56,242 nt of DNA from Mycobacteriales bacterium (GTDB lineage Bacteria; Actinomycetota; Actinomycetes; Mycobacteriales; QHCD01), in the NCBI GenBank assembly GCA_038253135.1, contig JBBSHJ010000006.1:1-56242 (forward strand). Direction: 5' to 3'. Position numbers and translations under genes: made by a program. The notes below the pieces were generated by a model. The model did no database searches. It was not told the origin of the DNA and worked only from the letters and a program-made list of their open reading frames with translations. Positions 1-9,425 of the stretch are shown piece by piece (position 1 is the first letter of the stretch; every line of letters starts with the position of its first letter).

Positions 1-796
1 CACCCAAGTCCACGCCGGGATCACCGACACCGGCGGTCTTCCAATCGATCACCACGGTGCAGTTGCTCCCTTCCCAGAGCATGTTTCCCCACCACAGGTC
101 ACCGTGCAGGAAGACCGACTCATGGTCGGGTACGCGCATCGTCCGGATGCGCTCGTCGGCGAGATGAAGCAACGGCGTCAGCCGGGCACCGGACATCGTC
201 TCGTGTGCACCCTCTACCGAGCTGCCGCTAAAGCGACAGAACGCGTCCACCACCTCATCACGTTCCCGACCCGAGCACAGCTGGTACAGGGTGGCCCACC
301 GTCGCTCCGCCGCGCAGTCATCGACCTGCGTGTGACGAATCCGGAGTGGTAGCTCGGGTGGCGACGGATCGAGCGGAATGGCATGGATCTTGGCGATCGC
401 TGCACCGGCGCGCTGGAGGTGCTTATCGGTGATCCTCGGTAGCGGAGCACTGCTCCCCGGCAACGCGGTTTCCAGCAACGCGGCGACACCGGCGCGCCGT
501 CCGTCCAGGTCGCTGGCGACCAGCCGCGGGGCGGACAGGCCATGATCCTCGGCGATCTGAAGGGCCGCGGCCGCGGTCGCGATCATCCCGGCGCCAATCC
601 AGTTGGGCACGGGGATGCGCAGGACAAGCGCGCGACTCTTGCCATCGCGATCATCGATACGAAGGCGCCATGGTCCGCGCGCGTTCAGCGGCTCAACCGC
701 ACAGATCGTGCCCTCCGTCACCCGCTCTACCCAGCACAGCACCTCCTCGCCGAGACCATCCGCCACTTCCTTCGTCTCCAGGTTTTCATCCTGCAT
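1..796 (-). CDS. Aminoglycoside phosphotransferase (APH)/choline kinase family protein, 3' end outside window
   Basis: Hand translation from ATG 796 (MQDENLETKEVADGL...) stays open to the window edge and contains FLHGDLWWGNML (Brenner motif) and VIDWKTAGVGDPGVDLG. Absent from the ORF track because its stop is outside the window. Confidence 0.85.
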   Translation of the reverse strand, partial: MQDENLETKEVADGLGEEVLCWVERVTEGTICAVEPLNARGPWRLRIDDRDGKSRALVLRIPVPNWIGAGMIATAAAALQIAEDHGLSAPRLVASDLDGRRAGVAALLETALPGSSAPLPRITDKHLQRAGAAIAKIHAIPLDPSPPELPLRIRHTQVDDCAAERRWATLYQLCSGRERDEVVDAFCRFSGSSVEGAHETMSGARLTPLLHLADERIRTMRVPDHESVFLHGDLWWGNMLWEGSNCTVVIDWKTAGVGDPGVDLG

Positions 797-1170
797 GCGC
801 TGACGCTTTCGCGGCCACGGGCGGACGTCAACGGCTACGGGCGAAATGCCGACAGCTCACGGGCGACTCGCCGAGATCAGTCCTGGAAATTCACCGGACG
901 CTCGCCACTACGGCTCCATCGAAGAATCATCATCATGTTGAGTCCGGCGATGTTCCCGTCACGAATGCCCGATTTTGATTTGTGCCGCCACCAGGGCCCG
1001 CAGCGATCGGGAGGCGACGATGCCACCCAACCCGCGACAAGGCAGGGGTGACGTCAGCAGATCCGGGAGTGGACGATCGCCCGCGACGCGCTGGCACGTG
1101 GCGCCATCCGGCCCAAACGAAGGTCAGGGCTCGCGCACCGGACCGGTGCCCATCGCTAGTCTTGCGACTC

Positions 1171-1992
1171 ATGGCCGACCATGCAGCAGGCACCGCCGTC
1201 GACACGCAGTACGAGGACCTGCTGCGGCACGTCCTCGCGCACGGTGCCACGAAGTCCGACCGCACCGGCATCGGCACCCGCAGCGTCTTCGGTCACCAGA
1301 TGCGCTTCGACCTCGCCGCCGGTTTTCCCCTCATCACGACCAAGCGGGTGCACTTCAAGTCGGTGGCCTACGAGCTGCTGTGGTTTCTGCGCGGCGAGTC
1401 CAATGTGGCGTGGCTGCGCGAGCACGGCGTGACGATCTGGGACGAGTGGGCCGACGCCGCCGGAGAGCTCGGCCCGGTCTACGGCGTGCAGTGGCGGTCG
1501 TGGCCGACGCCTGACGGGCGGCAGGTGGACCAGATCGCGGGCCTCCTCGACACGCTGCGCACCAATCCCGACTCGCGCCGGATGATCGTGTCGGCGTGGA
1601 ACGTCGCCGAGCTCGACACGATGGCGCTGCCGCCCTGCCACGCGCTCTTCCAGTTCTACGTCGCCGACGGCCGGCTCTCGTGCCAGCTCTATCAGCGCAG
1701 CGCCGACCTTTTCCTCGGCGTGCCCTTCAATATCGCCAGCTACGCCCTGCTGACCCACCTGGTGGCGGCCCAGGCCGGCCTCGACGTCGGCGACTTCATC
1801 TGGACCGGCGGCGACTGCCACCTCTACGACAACCACCTCGAGCAGGTGCGCGAGCAGCTGCGCCGCGAGCCTTACCCCTTCCCCCGGCTGCGCATCGCTC
1901 CGGCGCCGTCGCTCTTCGACTACACCTTCGAGCACCTGACGATCGAGGGCTACCGCCATCACCCCAGGATCAGCGCCCCGGTCGCGGTCTGA
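1171..1992 (+). CDS. thyA: Thymidylate synthase
   Basis: [30 protein letters not shown] (catalytic Cys), [18 protein letters not shown]. Start taken at ATG 1171, just after a TAGTCT -10-like hexamer. Confidence 0.97.
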   Translation: MADHAAGTAVDTQYEDLLRHVLAHGATKSDRTGIGTRSVFGHQMRFDLAAGFPLITTKRVHFKSVAYELLWFLRGESNVAWLREHGVTIWDEWADAAGELGPVYGVQWRSWPTPDGRQVDQIAGLLDTLRTNPDSRRMIVSAWNVAELDTMALPPCHALFQFYVADGRLSCQLYQRSADLFLGVPFNIASYALLTHLVAAQAGLDVGDFIWTGGDCHLYDNHLEQVREQLRREPYPFPRLRIAPAPSLFDYTFEHLTIEGYRHHPRISAPVAV

Positions 1993-2078
1993 GCCGACAA
2001 CCTTCCGGACACGCTCGGTCGGTGCCGCCCCGCCGACGGCGTAGGTTCGCAATCGTTGCCGAGGATTGGGGAGCCAGG

Positions 2079-3545
2079 ATGACCGGTGGGGCCACGCTCG
2101 ATGAGCAGACGGTGCTGGACGGCGTACCGACGGGTCTCTTCATCGGCGGGGAGTTTCGTGAGGCGGGTACGACATTCGCCGTCGACGATCCCGCCACCGG
2201 CGAGGTCTTGGCGCACGTCGCCGACGGCACGGCCGCCGACGCCGAAGCGGCGCTGAGCGCTGCGGCCGATGCGGCGGCCGGCTGGGCGGCGACGCCGCCT
2301 CGTGAGCGATCGGAGATCCTGTCCCGTGCCTACGAGACGCTCAAGGCACGCGCCGACGACCTCGGACTTCTCATCACCCTGGAGATGGGCAAGCCGCTGG
2401 CCGAGGCGAAGGGTGAGGTCACCTACGCCGCCGAGTTCTTCCGGTGGTTCGCCGAAGAGGCGGTCCGGATCCGCGGCAGCTACGGGCTCGCCCCGGGCGG
2501 CGACGTGCGGGTGCTGACCACCAAGGCGCCGGTCGGGCCGTGCCTGCTCGTGACGCCGTGGAACTTCCCGCTGGCGATGGGCACCCGCAAGGTCGGCGCG
2601 GCGCTCGCGGCCGGCTGCACGGTCGTCCTCAAGCCCGCCGAGCAGACGCCGCTCGCCAGCCTGGTGCTCGCCACGGTGCTGGCCGAAGCCGGGGTGCCCA
2701 ACGGCGTCGTCAACGTGCTCCCCACCTCAGACCCCGGCGCCGTCGTCACGCCCCTGATGGCCGACCGCCGGCTGCGCAAGGTCTCCTTCACCGGATCGAC
2801 CGAGATCGGCAGGCTGCTGATGCGGCAGGCGTCCGACAACCTGCTGCGGGTGTCGATGGAGCTCGGCGGCAACGCGGCCTTCCTCGTTTTCGACGACGCC
2901 GACCTCGACGCCGCGGTCGATGCGGCGATGGTCGCCAAGCTTCGCAACATCGGCGAGTCGTGCGTGGCCGCCAACCGCTTCCTCGTGCACGAATCCGTGG
3001 CCGGCGACTTCGCCTCGGCGCTCGCGGAACGCTTCGGCGCGCTCAAGGTCGGGCGGGGCACCGAGGAGGGCGTGACCGTCGGTCCGCTGATCGATCCCCC
3101 GGCCAAGCAGAAGGTCAGCGGCCTCGTCGGCGAGGCCATCGGTGCCGGGGCACGGGCGCTCGTCGGTGGCGACGGCATCGACGGTCCGGGGCACTTCTAC
3201 GCCCCGACGGTGCTCGACGGCGTACCGGCCGGTGCGCGCATCGGCGTGGAGGAGATCTTCGGCCCGGTCGCTGCGATCACCACCTTCCGCGACGAGGACA
3301 CCGCGATCAGCACCGCCAACGCCACCGAATACGGACTCGTCGGCTACGTCTTCACGCAGAACCTGGACCGGGCGCTGCGGGTGGCCGAGCGGCTCGAGAC
3401 CGGCATGGTGGGGGTCAACAAGGGCCTGATCAGCAACCCGGCCGCGCCCTTCGGCGGCGTGAAGCACTCCGGCTTCGGTCGGGAGGGCGGCGCGGAAGGC
3501 ATCGAGGAATACCTCAGCCTGCGCTACTTCGGCCTGCCGGTGTGA
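2079..3545 (+). CDS. gabD: NAD(P)-dependent succinate-semialdehyde dehydrogenase family aldehyde dehydrogenase
   Basis: TPWNFP, SFTGSTEIG, MELGGNA, NIGESCVAAN, EEIFGP, PFGGVKHSGFGREG. SD GGGGAG before ATG 2079. Confidence 0.88.
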   Translation: MTGGATLDEQTVLDGVPTGLFIGGEFREAGTTFAVDDPATGEVLAHVADGTAADAEAALSAAADAAAGWAATPPRERSEILSRAYETLKARADDLGLLITLEMGKPLAEAKGEVTYAAEFFRWFAEEAVRIRGSYGLAPGGDVRVLTTKAPVGPCLLVTPWNFPLAMGTRKVGAALAAGCTVVLKPAEQTPLASLVLATVLAEAGVPNGVVNVLPTSDPGAVVTPLMADRRLRKVSFTGSTEIGRLLMRQASDNLLRVSMELGGNAAFLVFDDADLDAAVDAAMVAKLRNIGESCVAANRFLVHESVAGDFASALAERFGALKVGRGTEEGVTVGPLIDPPAKQKVSGLVGEAIGAGARALVGGDGIDGPGHFYAPTVLDGVPAGARIGVEEIFGPVAAITTFRDEDTAISTANATEYGLVGYVFTQNLDRALRVAERLETGMVGVNKGLISNPAAPFGGVKHSGFGREGGAEGIEEYLSLRYFGLPV

Positions 3546-3585
3546 GAGCTCGCGGGACGCGGTCCTGCCGAGGCTGCGCCAGCGA

Positions 3586-3616
3586 TTGACATCAAGCGTG
3601 GTTGACGTTGTTGGCT
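3586..3616 (+). promoter_or_regulatory. MerR/SoxR-type promoter of sodA
   Basis: TTGACA-19 nt-TTGGCT with dyad ACATCAA-GCGTGG-TTGACGT (3589-3608), two mismatches from the SoxR box ACCTCAA-N6-TTGAGGT. Confidence 0.6.
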
Positions 3617-3716
3617 GGAACCGTCCGTCCGGGGCTGGCCGGGCAGCCACTGGACGTCGGTGAAAGACTCATCGACGAAGCGACGAACCCGCACAGCAGA
3701 TTCTGGAGGACATCGC

Positions 3717-4346
3717 ATGGCCGACTACGCACTGCCCGATCTGCCGTACGACTACGCGGCCCTCGAGCCGCACATCTCCGGCAAGATCATGGAGCTGCAC
3801 CATGACAAGCACCACAAGACCTATGTCGACGGTGCGAACACCGCATTGGAGAAGCTGGCCGACGCGCGCGACAAGGACACCATCGGCGCGACCGTCAACC
3901 TCTTCGAGAAGAACCTTGCCTTCAACCTGGCCGGGCATGTCAACCACTCGGTCTTCTGGCCCAACATGTCACCCGATGGCGGGGATCGTCCGGACGGGGA
4001 GCTCGGCGCGGCGATCGACGAGTTCTTCGGCGGCTTCGACGCCTTCAACGCGCATTTCACCGCGGCGGCGACGGGGATCCAGGGGTCGGGTTGGTCGATC
4101 CTGGCGTGGGACTCGGTCGGGCAGAAGTTGCTCGTGGTCCAGCTGTATGACCATCAGGGAAATCTGTCGGTGGGGCTGACCCCGCTGCTGTTGCTGGACA
4201 TGTGGGAGCACGCGTTCTACCTGCAGTATCAGAACGTGAAGGCCGACTACGTCACGGCGTGGTGGAACGTCGTGAACTGGGCCGATGTCGCCAAGCGGTT
4301 CGACGCGGCCAAGAAGCAGACCGCGGGACTGATCATTCCCGCGTAG
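3717..4346 (+). CDS. sodA: Fe/Mn superoxide dismutase
   Basis: [51 protein letters not shown]. Confidence 0.97.
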   Translation: MADYALPDLPYDYAALEPHISGKIMELHHDKHHKTYVDGANTALEKLADARDKDTIGATVNLFEKNLAFNLAGHVNHSVFWPNMSPDGGDRPDGELGAAIDEFFGGFDAFNAHFTAAATGIQGSGWSILAWDSVGQKLLVVQLYDHQGNLSVGLTPLLLLDMWEHAFYLQYQNVKADYVTAWWNVVNWADVAKRFDAAKKQTAGLIIPA

Positions 4347-4372
4347 TTCGATCAAGCCGATCACCGTTCCTT

Positions 4373-4401
4373 CGACCCCGTCCACGATGTGGGCGGGGTC
4401 G
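4373..4401 (+). terminator. GC-rich hairpin after sodA, probable terminator
   Basis: CGACCCCGTCCAC-GAT-GTGGGCGGGGTCG, 13-bp stem with one G-U pair; no U-tract. Confidence 0.55.
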
Positions 4402-4481
4402 CGGCTTGCGGGCTCGAGACCGGCGCCGTCGACCGCATCGCCAGCGCAACGGATATCACACCCATCCGAGTGTCCGCGACT

Positions 4482-4510
4482 TTGTGCAGGCGTTCACAAG
4501 CGGCTAACGT
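4482..4510 (+). promoter_or_regulatory. Rex operator (ROP) overlapping the rex-hem promoter
   Basis: TTGTGCAGGCGTTCACAA (4482-4499) matches the actinobacterial ROP TTGTGAACGCGTTCACAA; TTGTGC-17 nt-TAACGT promoter geometry. Confidence 0.85.
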
Positions 4511-4611
4511 GGCCACGAGGAACAAGCTGTTATCACAGCCCGGCGGGACCCCGAATCTCGGGGTTTGCCGATCGTGCATGGCACCGGTGCGGGCTGCCGT
4601 CAGGAGAAGAT

Positions 4612-5385
4612 GTGGCGCAGCGGACCAGCGGCTCGTCGCCGCGACCGGGTGAGGCCCGTCCGGTAGCCAGGATCAACGGCGCAGCGGCGCACGAGCTCGA
4701 TCCGCTGCGCGCGATCCCCGAAGCGACGATTGCCCGGCTGGCCGTCTACCTGCGCGTGCTCTCCGCGATCACCGAGGGCGACACCACCGTCGTCTCTTCG
4801 GACGAGCTGGCGCTCGCGGCCGGTGTCAATTCCGCCAAGCTGCGCAAGGATCTGTCCTATCTCGGCTCTTACGGCACCCGCGGCGTGGGATACGAGGTGG
4901 GCACGCTGATCGGCCAGCTCTCCGGGGCGCTGGGCTTGCTGCAGGATCGATCCGTGGCGATCGTCGGCCTCGGAAATCTCGGTCAGGCGCTGTCCGGTTA
5001 CGCCGGATTCGCCAGCCGGGGGTTTCGCATCGCGGCACTCTTCGACGCGGACCCGGCCCGCATCGGTACGACGATTCGCGGGCTCACGGTGCGCGACGTC
5101 GCCGAGCTCGGACATTACGTCGCGGTCGAGGGAATCTCGATCGGGCTGATCGCCGTTCCGGTGACGGCGGCACAAGAGGTATGCGACGCGCTGGTCGCGG
5201 CCGACGTGACGAGCATTCTCAACTTCGCACCGACGGTGCTGTCCGCGCCCGAAGGGGTTGACATCCGCAAGGTGGACCTCGCGATCGAACTGCAGATCCT
5301 CTCCTACCACGAGCACCGCAAGTCGGCTCGGCCGCCGAGCGCTCTCGTGCGGGGCCGGGCGCAGGCTCAGTTGGGGGACCGATGA
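4612..5385 (+). CDS. rex: Redox-sensing transcriptional repressor Rex
   Basis: IPEATIARLAVYLR, VNSAKLRKDLSYLGSYGTRGVGY, VGLGNLG, ILNFAP. Lies upstream of hemA; GTG start after AGGAG. Confidence 0.96.
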   Translation: MAQRTSGSSPRPGEARPVARINGAAAHELDPLRAIPEATIARLAVYLRVLSAITEGDTTVVSSDELALAAGVNSAKLRKDLSYLGSYGTRGVGYEVGTLIGQLSGALGLLQDRSVAIVGLGNLGQALSGYAGFASRGFRIAALFDADPARIGTTIRGLTVRDVAELGHYVAVEGISIGLIAVPVTAAQEVCDALVAADVTSILNFAPTVLSAPEGVDIRKVDLAIELQILSYHEHRKSARPPSALVRGRAQAQLGDR

Positions 5386-5483
5386 GCCTTGTGCGTCGAC
5401 TGACGAGGGAGCGAGCATCCGGGCGCGCCGGGTGCCGCGCTTCGCGGGTGCGGCGCGCAGCGACCGAGCAGGTCGCGCCATGA
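5382..5483 (+). repeat. Junction repeat copy (rex-hemA) encoding a 33-aa coupled mini-ORF
   Basis: MSLVRRLTRERASGRAGCRASRVRRAATEQVAP*; ATGA overlaps with both the rex stop and the hemA start; internal hairpin GCGCGCCG...CGGCGCGC. Confidence 0.85.
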
Positions 5484-6790
5484 GTCTGCTGATCGTCGGC
5501 GTGTCGTACCGGACGGCGCCGGTCGAGGTCCTGGAACGGCTCAGCATTCCCGCAGCCGAGATCGCGCCCGTGCTGCGCCGCACGATCGGCTCGGAATGGA
5601 TCGACGAAGCGATGGTCGTCTCGACCTGCAACCGGGTGGAGGTCTACGCCGAGGCGAGCAGGTTCCACTCCGGCCTGGCCGAGATCACGTCGATGCTGGC
5701 CGAGCGGGCCGGCATTACGCTGGCCGAGCTCGGCGAATACCTCTACGTGCACTACGAGGATGCCGTGGTCGCGCACGCCTTCCGTGTCGCCGCCGGACTC
5801 GACTCGCTCGTCCCGGGTGAGGCCCAGATCCTCGGTCAGGTACGCCAGGCCTACACGGCGGCGGTGGCTGCCGGCACAGCGGGACGCGTCATCCATGAGC
5901 TGGCGCAGAAGGCGTTGCAGGCGGCGAAGCGGGCACGGGCCACGACCGGTCTGGACCGGGCCGGGGCATCGGTCGTCGGCGTTGCACTCGACCGGGCCGG
6001 CGAGACGATCGACCTCGCGTCGGCGCACGCGGTCGTCGTCGGCGCCGGGTCCATGGGGGCGCTGGCGGCCACCTCACTGCGGCGAGCCGGCGTCGACCGG
6101 CTCACACTGGTCAATCGCACCGAAGCGCGGGCCCGCCGCCGGGCGCATGAGCTGGCCGCCGAGGTGGCGTCGTACGACGATATCGAGGGCGTGATCGCCG
6201 ACGCCGACCTCGTCGTGGCCTGCACGGCCGCCAGCCGGTACGTGCTGCGCGCCGATCAGATCGCTCGCGCCGTCAGCGGCAGGGTCGACCGGCCGCTGCT
6301 CGTCCTCGATCTTGCGATGCCACGGAACGTCGATCCCGAGAGCCGTTACCTGCCGGGTGTTGCCTGCATCGACCTCGACGCCCTCGCCGACCACGGCGGA
6401 TCGAGCACCGCCACGCTCGAGACCGCGCGGACCCTCGTCGACTCCGACGTGGCCGCGTTCCTGTCCGCCCAGCGCGCCGTACAGGTCACACCGACCATCA
6501 CCGCGCTGCGCAACCGGGCGCAGGAGGTCGTGGAGGCCGAGCTCGCCCGCCTCGACGCGCGCCTGCCCGGGCTCGACGAGGCGGTCCGCGACGAGCTGGC
6601 GAAAGCCCTGCGACGGACCGTGTCCACGCTCCTGCACAAGCCGACGGTGCGGGCGAAGGAGCTGGCCGAGGCGCCGGGCGGCGACTCGTACGCCGAGGCG
6701 TTGCGCGAGCTCTTCCAGCTCGAGTTGGCGGGAATCGGGCCGGCGGCCGTGACGAAATCGGTGGAGCCCGCGTCCGGAGGCGCCGCATGA
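5480..6790 (+). CDS. hemA: Glutamyl-tRNA reductase
   Basis: MSLLIVGVSYRTAPV, STCNRVEVY, GLDSLVPGEAQILGQV, VGAGSMG, DLAMPRNV. Confidence 0.96.
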   Translation: MSLLIVGVSYRTAPVEVLERLSIPAAEIAPVLRRTIGSEWIDEAMVVSTCNRVEVYAEASRFHSGLAEITSMLAERAGITLAELGEYLYVHYEDAVVAHAFRVAAGLDSLVPGEAQILGQVRQAYTAAVAAGTAGRVIHELAQKALQAAKRARATTGLDRAGASVVGVALDRAGETIDLASAHAVVVGAGSMGALAATSLRRAGVDRLTLVNRTEARARRRAHELAAEVASYDDIEGVIADADLVVACTAASRYVLRADQIARAVSGRVDRPLLVLDLAMPRNVDPESRYLPGVACIDLDALADHGGSSTATLETARTLVDSDVAAFLSAQRAVQVTPTITALRNRAQEVVEAELARLDARLPGLDEAVRDELAKALRRTVSTLLHKPTVRAKELAEAPGGDSYAEALRELFQLELAGIGPAAVTKSVEPASGGAA

Positions 6791-7764
6791 ACGCCGGGCG
6801 GACTGTCCGCATCGGCACGCGGGCCAGCATTCTTGCCCGCACCCAGACCGAGACAGTTGGCGCCCTGTTGCGATCGGCGGGGTACGCCGTCGAGCTGGTC
6901 GAGATCAGCACCCGGGGCGACCGCTCGGCCGCTCCGATCGAGGCCATCGGCGGCGTCGGTGTCTTCACCTCCGCGCTGCGCGAGGCGTTGCTGGCCGGCC
7001 GGATCGATGTGGCGGTGCACTCCTTCAAGGACCTTCCGAGCGCCGCCGATTCCCGGTTGACCGTGGCCGCGGTCCCGCGCCGTGTCGATCCGCGGGATGT
7101 CCTCGTGACGCGCGATGGACGCGCCCTCGATGAGCTGCCGACCGGGACCGGTGTGTCCACCGGCGCGCCACGGCGGATCGCCGAGCTGCGCACGGCGTAC
7201 CCCGATTTGCGCCCGGTCCCGATCCGCGGCAACGTGGACAGCCGCATCGCCATCGTCGCCAGCGGCCGCGCCGAGGCCGTTGTCCTCGCGGCGGCCGGCC
7301 TGATGCGGCTGGGTCTGATTCGGGGGGGCCTGATGCCGGACGAACCGATCGGCGCCTCCACCGCCGTACCGCTCGGAGACACCAGGACGATGGCCCGGCC
7401 GATCAGCACCGACATCATCCTGCCGGCGCCGGCGCAGGGGGCGCTCGCCGTCGAGTGCCGCGTCGGCAGCGAGCTGGTCGCGGCGCTCGGCGAGTTCGAT
7501 CACTACCGTTCGCGCGCCGCCGTTGTCGCCGAACGCGCACTGCTGGCCGCGTTGCAGGCCGGCTGCACGGCACCCATCGGAGCACTCGCGGAAATCGAGG
7601 GCGACGCGCTGACGCTTACCGGCGCGCTCGCCACGGGCGGCGGCGGCACGGTCGTACGCCGCACCGGCTCCGGTCTGACAGAGGACGCCGCCGGCATCGG
7701 GCAGAGAGTAGCTGCCGATCTCGTCCGCACCGGCGTTCCCGACCCCTTGGGGAGTACACCATGA
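6787..7764 (+). CDS. hemC: Hydroxymethylbilane synthase
   Basis: RIGTRASILARTQ, DVAVHSFKDLP, IRGNVDSR, AGCTAPIGA. Confidence 0.96.
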   Translation: MNAGRTVRIGTRASILARTQTETVGALLRSAGYAVELVEISTRGDRSAAPIEAIGGVGVFTSALREALLAGRIDVAVHSFKDLPSAADSRLTVAAVPRRVDPRDVLVTRDGRALDELPTGTGVSTGAPRRIAELRTAYPDLRPVPIRGNVDSRIAIVASGRAEAVVLAAAGLMRLGLIRGGLMPDEPIGASTAVPLGDTRTMARPISTDIILPAPAQGALAVECRVGSELVAALGEFDHYRSRAAVVAERALLAALQAGCTAPIGALAEIEGDALTLTGALATGGGGTVVRRTGSGLTEDAAGIGQRVAADLVRTGVPDPLGSTP

Positions 7765-9425
7765 CGTCCGCCCGCACCAAGGACGGCTTGAACAACAAGG
7801 CCAATTTGAACAACAAGGCCAATTTGAACAGCAAGGCCAAGACGACGGGCACCGTCACCTTTGTGGGTGCCGGGCCCGGCGACGCCGGGCTGCTGACCAG
7901 GCGCGCGGTCGAAGCGCTGGCCGCAGCCGACGTGGTGATCGTGGACGCGATTATCGGCGCCATCGCCGGTGCCGACATGGTGGCCGGCGTGCCGCCGCGC
8001 TCGGCCGGGCGCACCGATGGGGACGGCCCGGCCGAGGGCACCCGCGAGGTGCGCGTCGTCGAGGACGGCGCCACCGAGCCGGCGAAGGCGGCCGTCGCGG
8101 AGGCCCGGGCCGGGCGGGACGTGTGCCGCCTCGTCGCGGGCGACCCGCTCACCAGCGAGTCCGTCATCAAGGAATGCCAGTACGTCGCGCGCACCAGCGT
8201 CACGTTCGAGATCGTGCCGGGCATCGCACCCGATTCCGGCGTGCCGGGCTTTGCCGGCATACCGCTCGGCCCGCAGCGGCTGGTCGTCGACGCCCGCGGT
8301 GCCCGGGCCGATGACATCGACTGGTCCGCCGTGGTCGCAGCGCCCGGGCCGCTGGTCGTGACGACGGGCTCGGACGAGGTCGCCAAGATGGCCGCGTCGC
8401 TGGTCGAGCACGGCCTGCGCCCCGACACCGCGATCAGCGTCACGGCCGGCGGCACGTCGGAACGGCAGCGGACCGTGGACACGACTCTCGATGCGGTCGA
8501 GCACGACGGCGCCGAGCTGGTCGGCGACGTCACGGTCGTCATCGGCTCGACCACCGCGAAGCGGAGCAAGCTGTCGTGGTGGGAGAGCCGGGCGCTTTAC
8601 GGCTGGAAGGTGCTGGTGCCGCGGACCCGTGACCAGGCGGGCGCGATGAGCGAGCGGCTGCGGCGGCACGGTGCGATCCCCGCCGAGGTGCCGACCATCG
8701 CCGTCGAGCCGCCGCGCAGTCCGGCCCAGATGGAGCGGGCGATCAAGGGCCTCGTCACGGGCCGCTACGAGTGGATCATCTTCACCTCGGCGAACGCGGT
8801 CCGGGCCGTCCGGGAGAAGTTCGACGAGTTCGGGCTCGATACCCGCGCGTACGCCGGCGTGAAGATCGCCTGCATCGGCGAGGCCACGGCCACCGCGGTG
8901 CGTGCGCTCGGCATCAAGCCCGAACTGATCCCGTCGGGTCCGCAGTCCAGCGAGGGCCTGCTCGCCGACTTCCCGCCGTACGACGAGGTGCTGGACCCGA
9001 TCAACCGGGTGCTGCTGCCCCGTGCCGACATCGCCACCGAGACGCTCGACGCCGGGCTGGCCGAGCGCGGCTGGGAGGTCGATGACGTCACGGCCTACCG
9101 CACCGTGCGGGCCGCGCCGCCGCCCGCGGGAACGCGTGAGGCGATCAAGACCGGGGGCTTCGACGCGGTGTGCTTCACGTCCTCATCGACCGTGCGTAAC
9201 CTCGTCGGCATCGCCGGCAAGCCGCACGCCCGCACCGTCGTTGCCTGCATCGGGCCGAAGACCGTCGAGACCGCGCAGGAATTCGGGCTGCGGGTCGACG
9301 TGCAGCCGGCCGACGCGTCCGTGCCGGCCCTCGTGGACGCGCTCGCGGACTACGCGCGCAGTTTGAAGGAGAGCGGCCAGACGACGCCTCCGCCGCGGCG
9401 CCGGGCTGCCCGCAAGAGTCGTTGA
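7761..9425 (+). CDS. hemD: Bifunctional uroporphyrinogen-III C-methyltransferase/uroporphyrinogen-III synthase
   Basis: N-terminal VTFVGAGPGDAGLLT domain fused to WWESRALYGWKVLVPRT, FTSANAV, FTSSSTVRNL; sits between hemC and hemB. Confidence 0.94.
   Translation: MTSARTKDGLNNKANLNNKANLNSKAKTTGTVTFVGAGPGDAGLLTRRAVEALAAADVVIVDAIIGAIAGADMVAGVPPRSAGRTDGDGPAEGTREVRVVEDGATEPAKAAVAEARAGRDVCRLVAGDPLTSESVIKECQYVARTSVTFEIVPGIAPDSGVPGFAGIPLGPQRLVVDARGARADDIDWSAVVAAPGPLVVTTGSDEVAKMAASLVEHGLRPDTAISVTAGGTSERQRTVDTTLDAVEHDGAELVGDVTVVIGSTTAKRSKLSWWESRALYGWKVLVPRTRDQAGAMSERLRRHGAIPAEVPTIAVEPPRSPAQMERAIKGLVTGRYEWIIFTSANAVRAVREKFDEFGLDTRAYAGVKIACIGEATATAVRALGIKPELIPSGPQSSEGLLADFPPYDEVLDPINRVLLPRADIATETLDAGLAERGWEVDDVTAYRTVRAAPPPAGTREAIKTGGFDAVCFTSSSTVRNLVGIAGKPHARTVVACIGPKTVETAQEFGLRVDVQPADASVPALVDALADYARSLKESGQTTPPPRRRAARKSR
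7788..7840 (+). repeat. 18-bp in-frame tandem repeat x3 in the hemD 5' end
   Basis: TTGAACAACAAGGCCAAT x3 encodes LNNKAN-LNNKAN-LNSKAK. Confidence 0.95.

Noticed and set aside
797-1170. Riboswitch or ncRNA between the APH gene and thyA
   Set aside because: No motif I could recognise; thyA has a -10-like hexamer close to its ATG. An Rfam scan would settle it.
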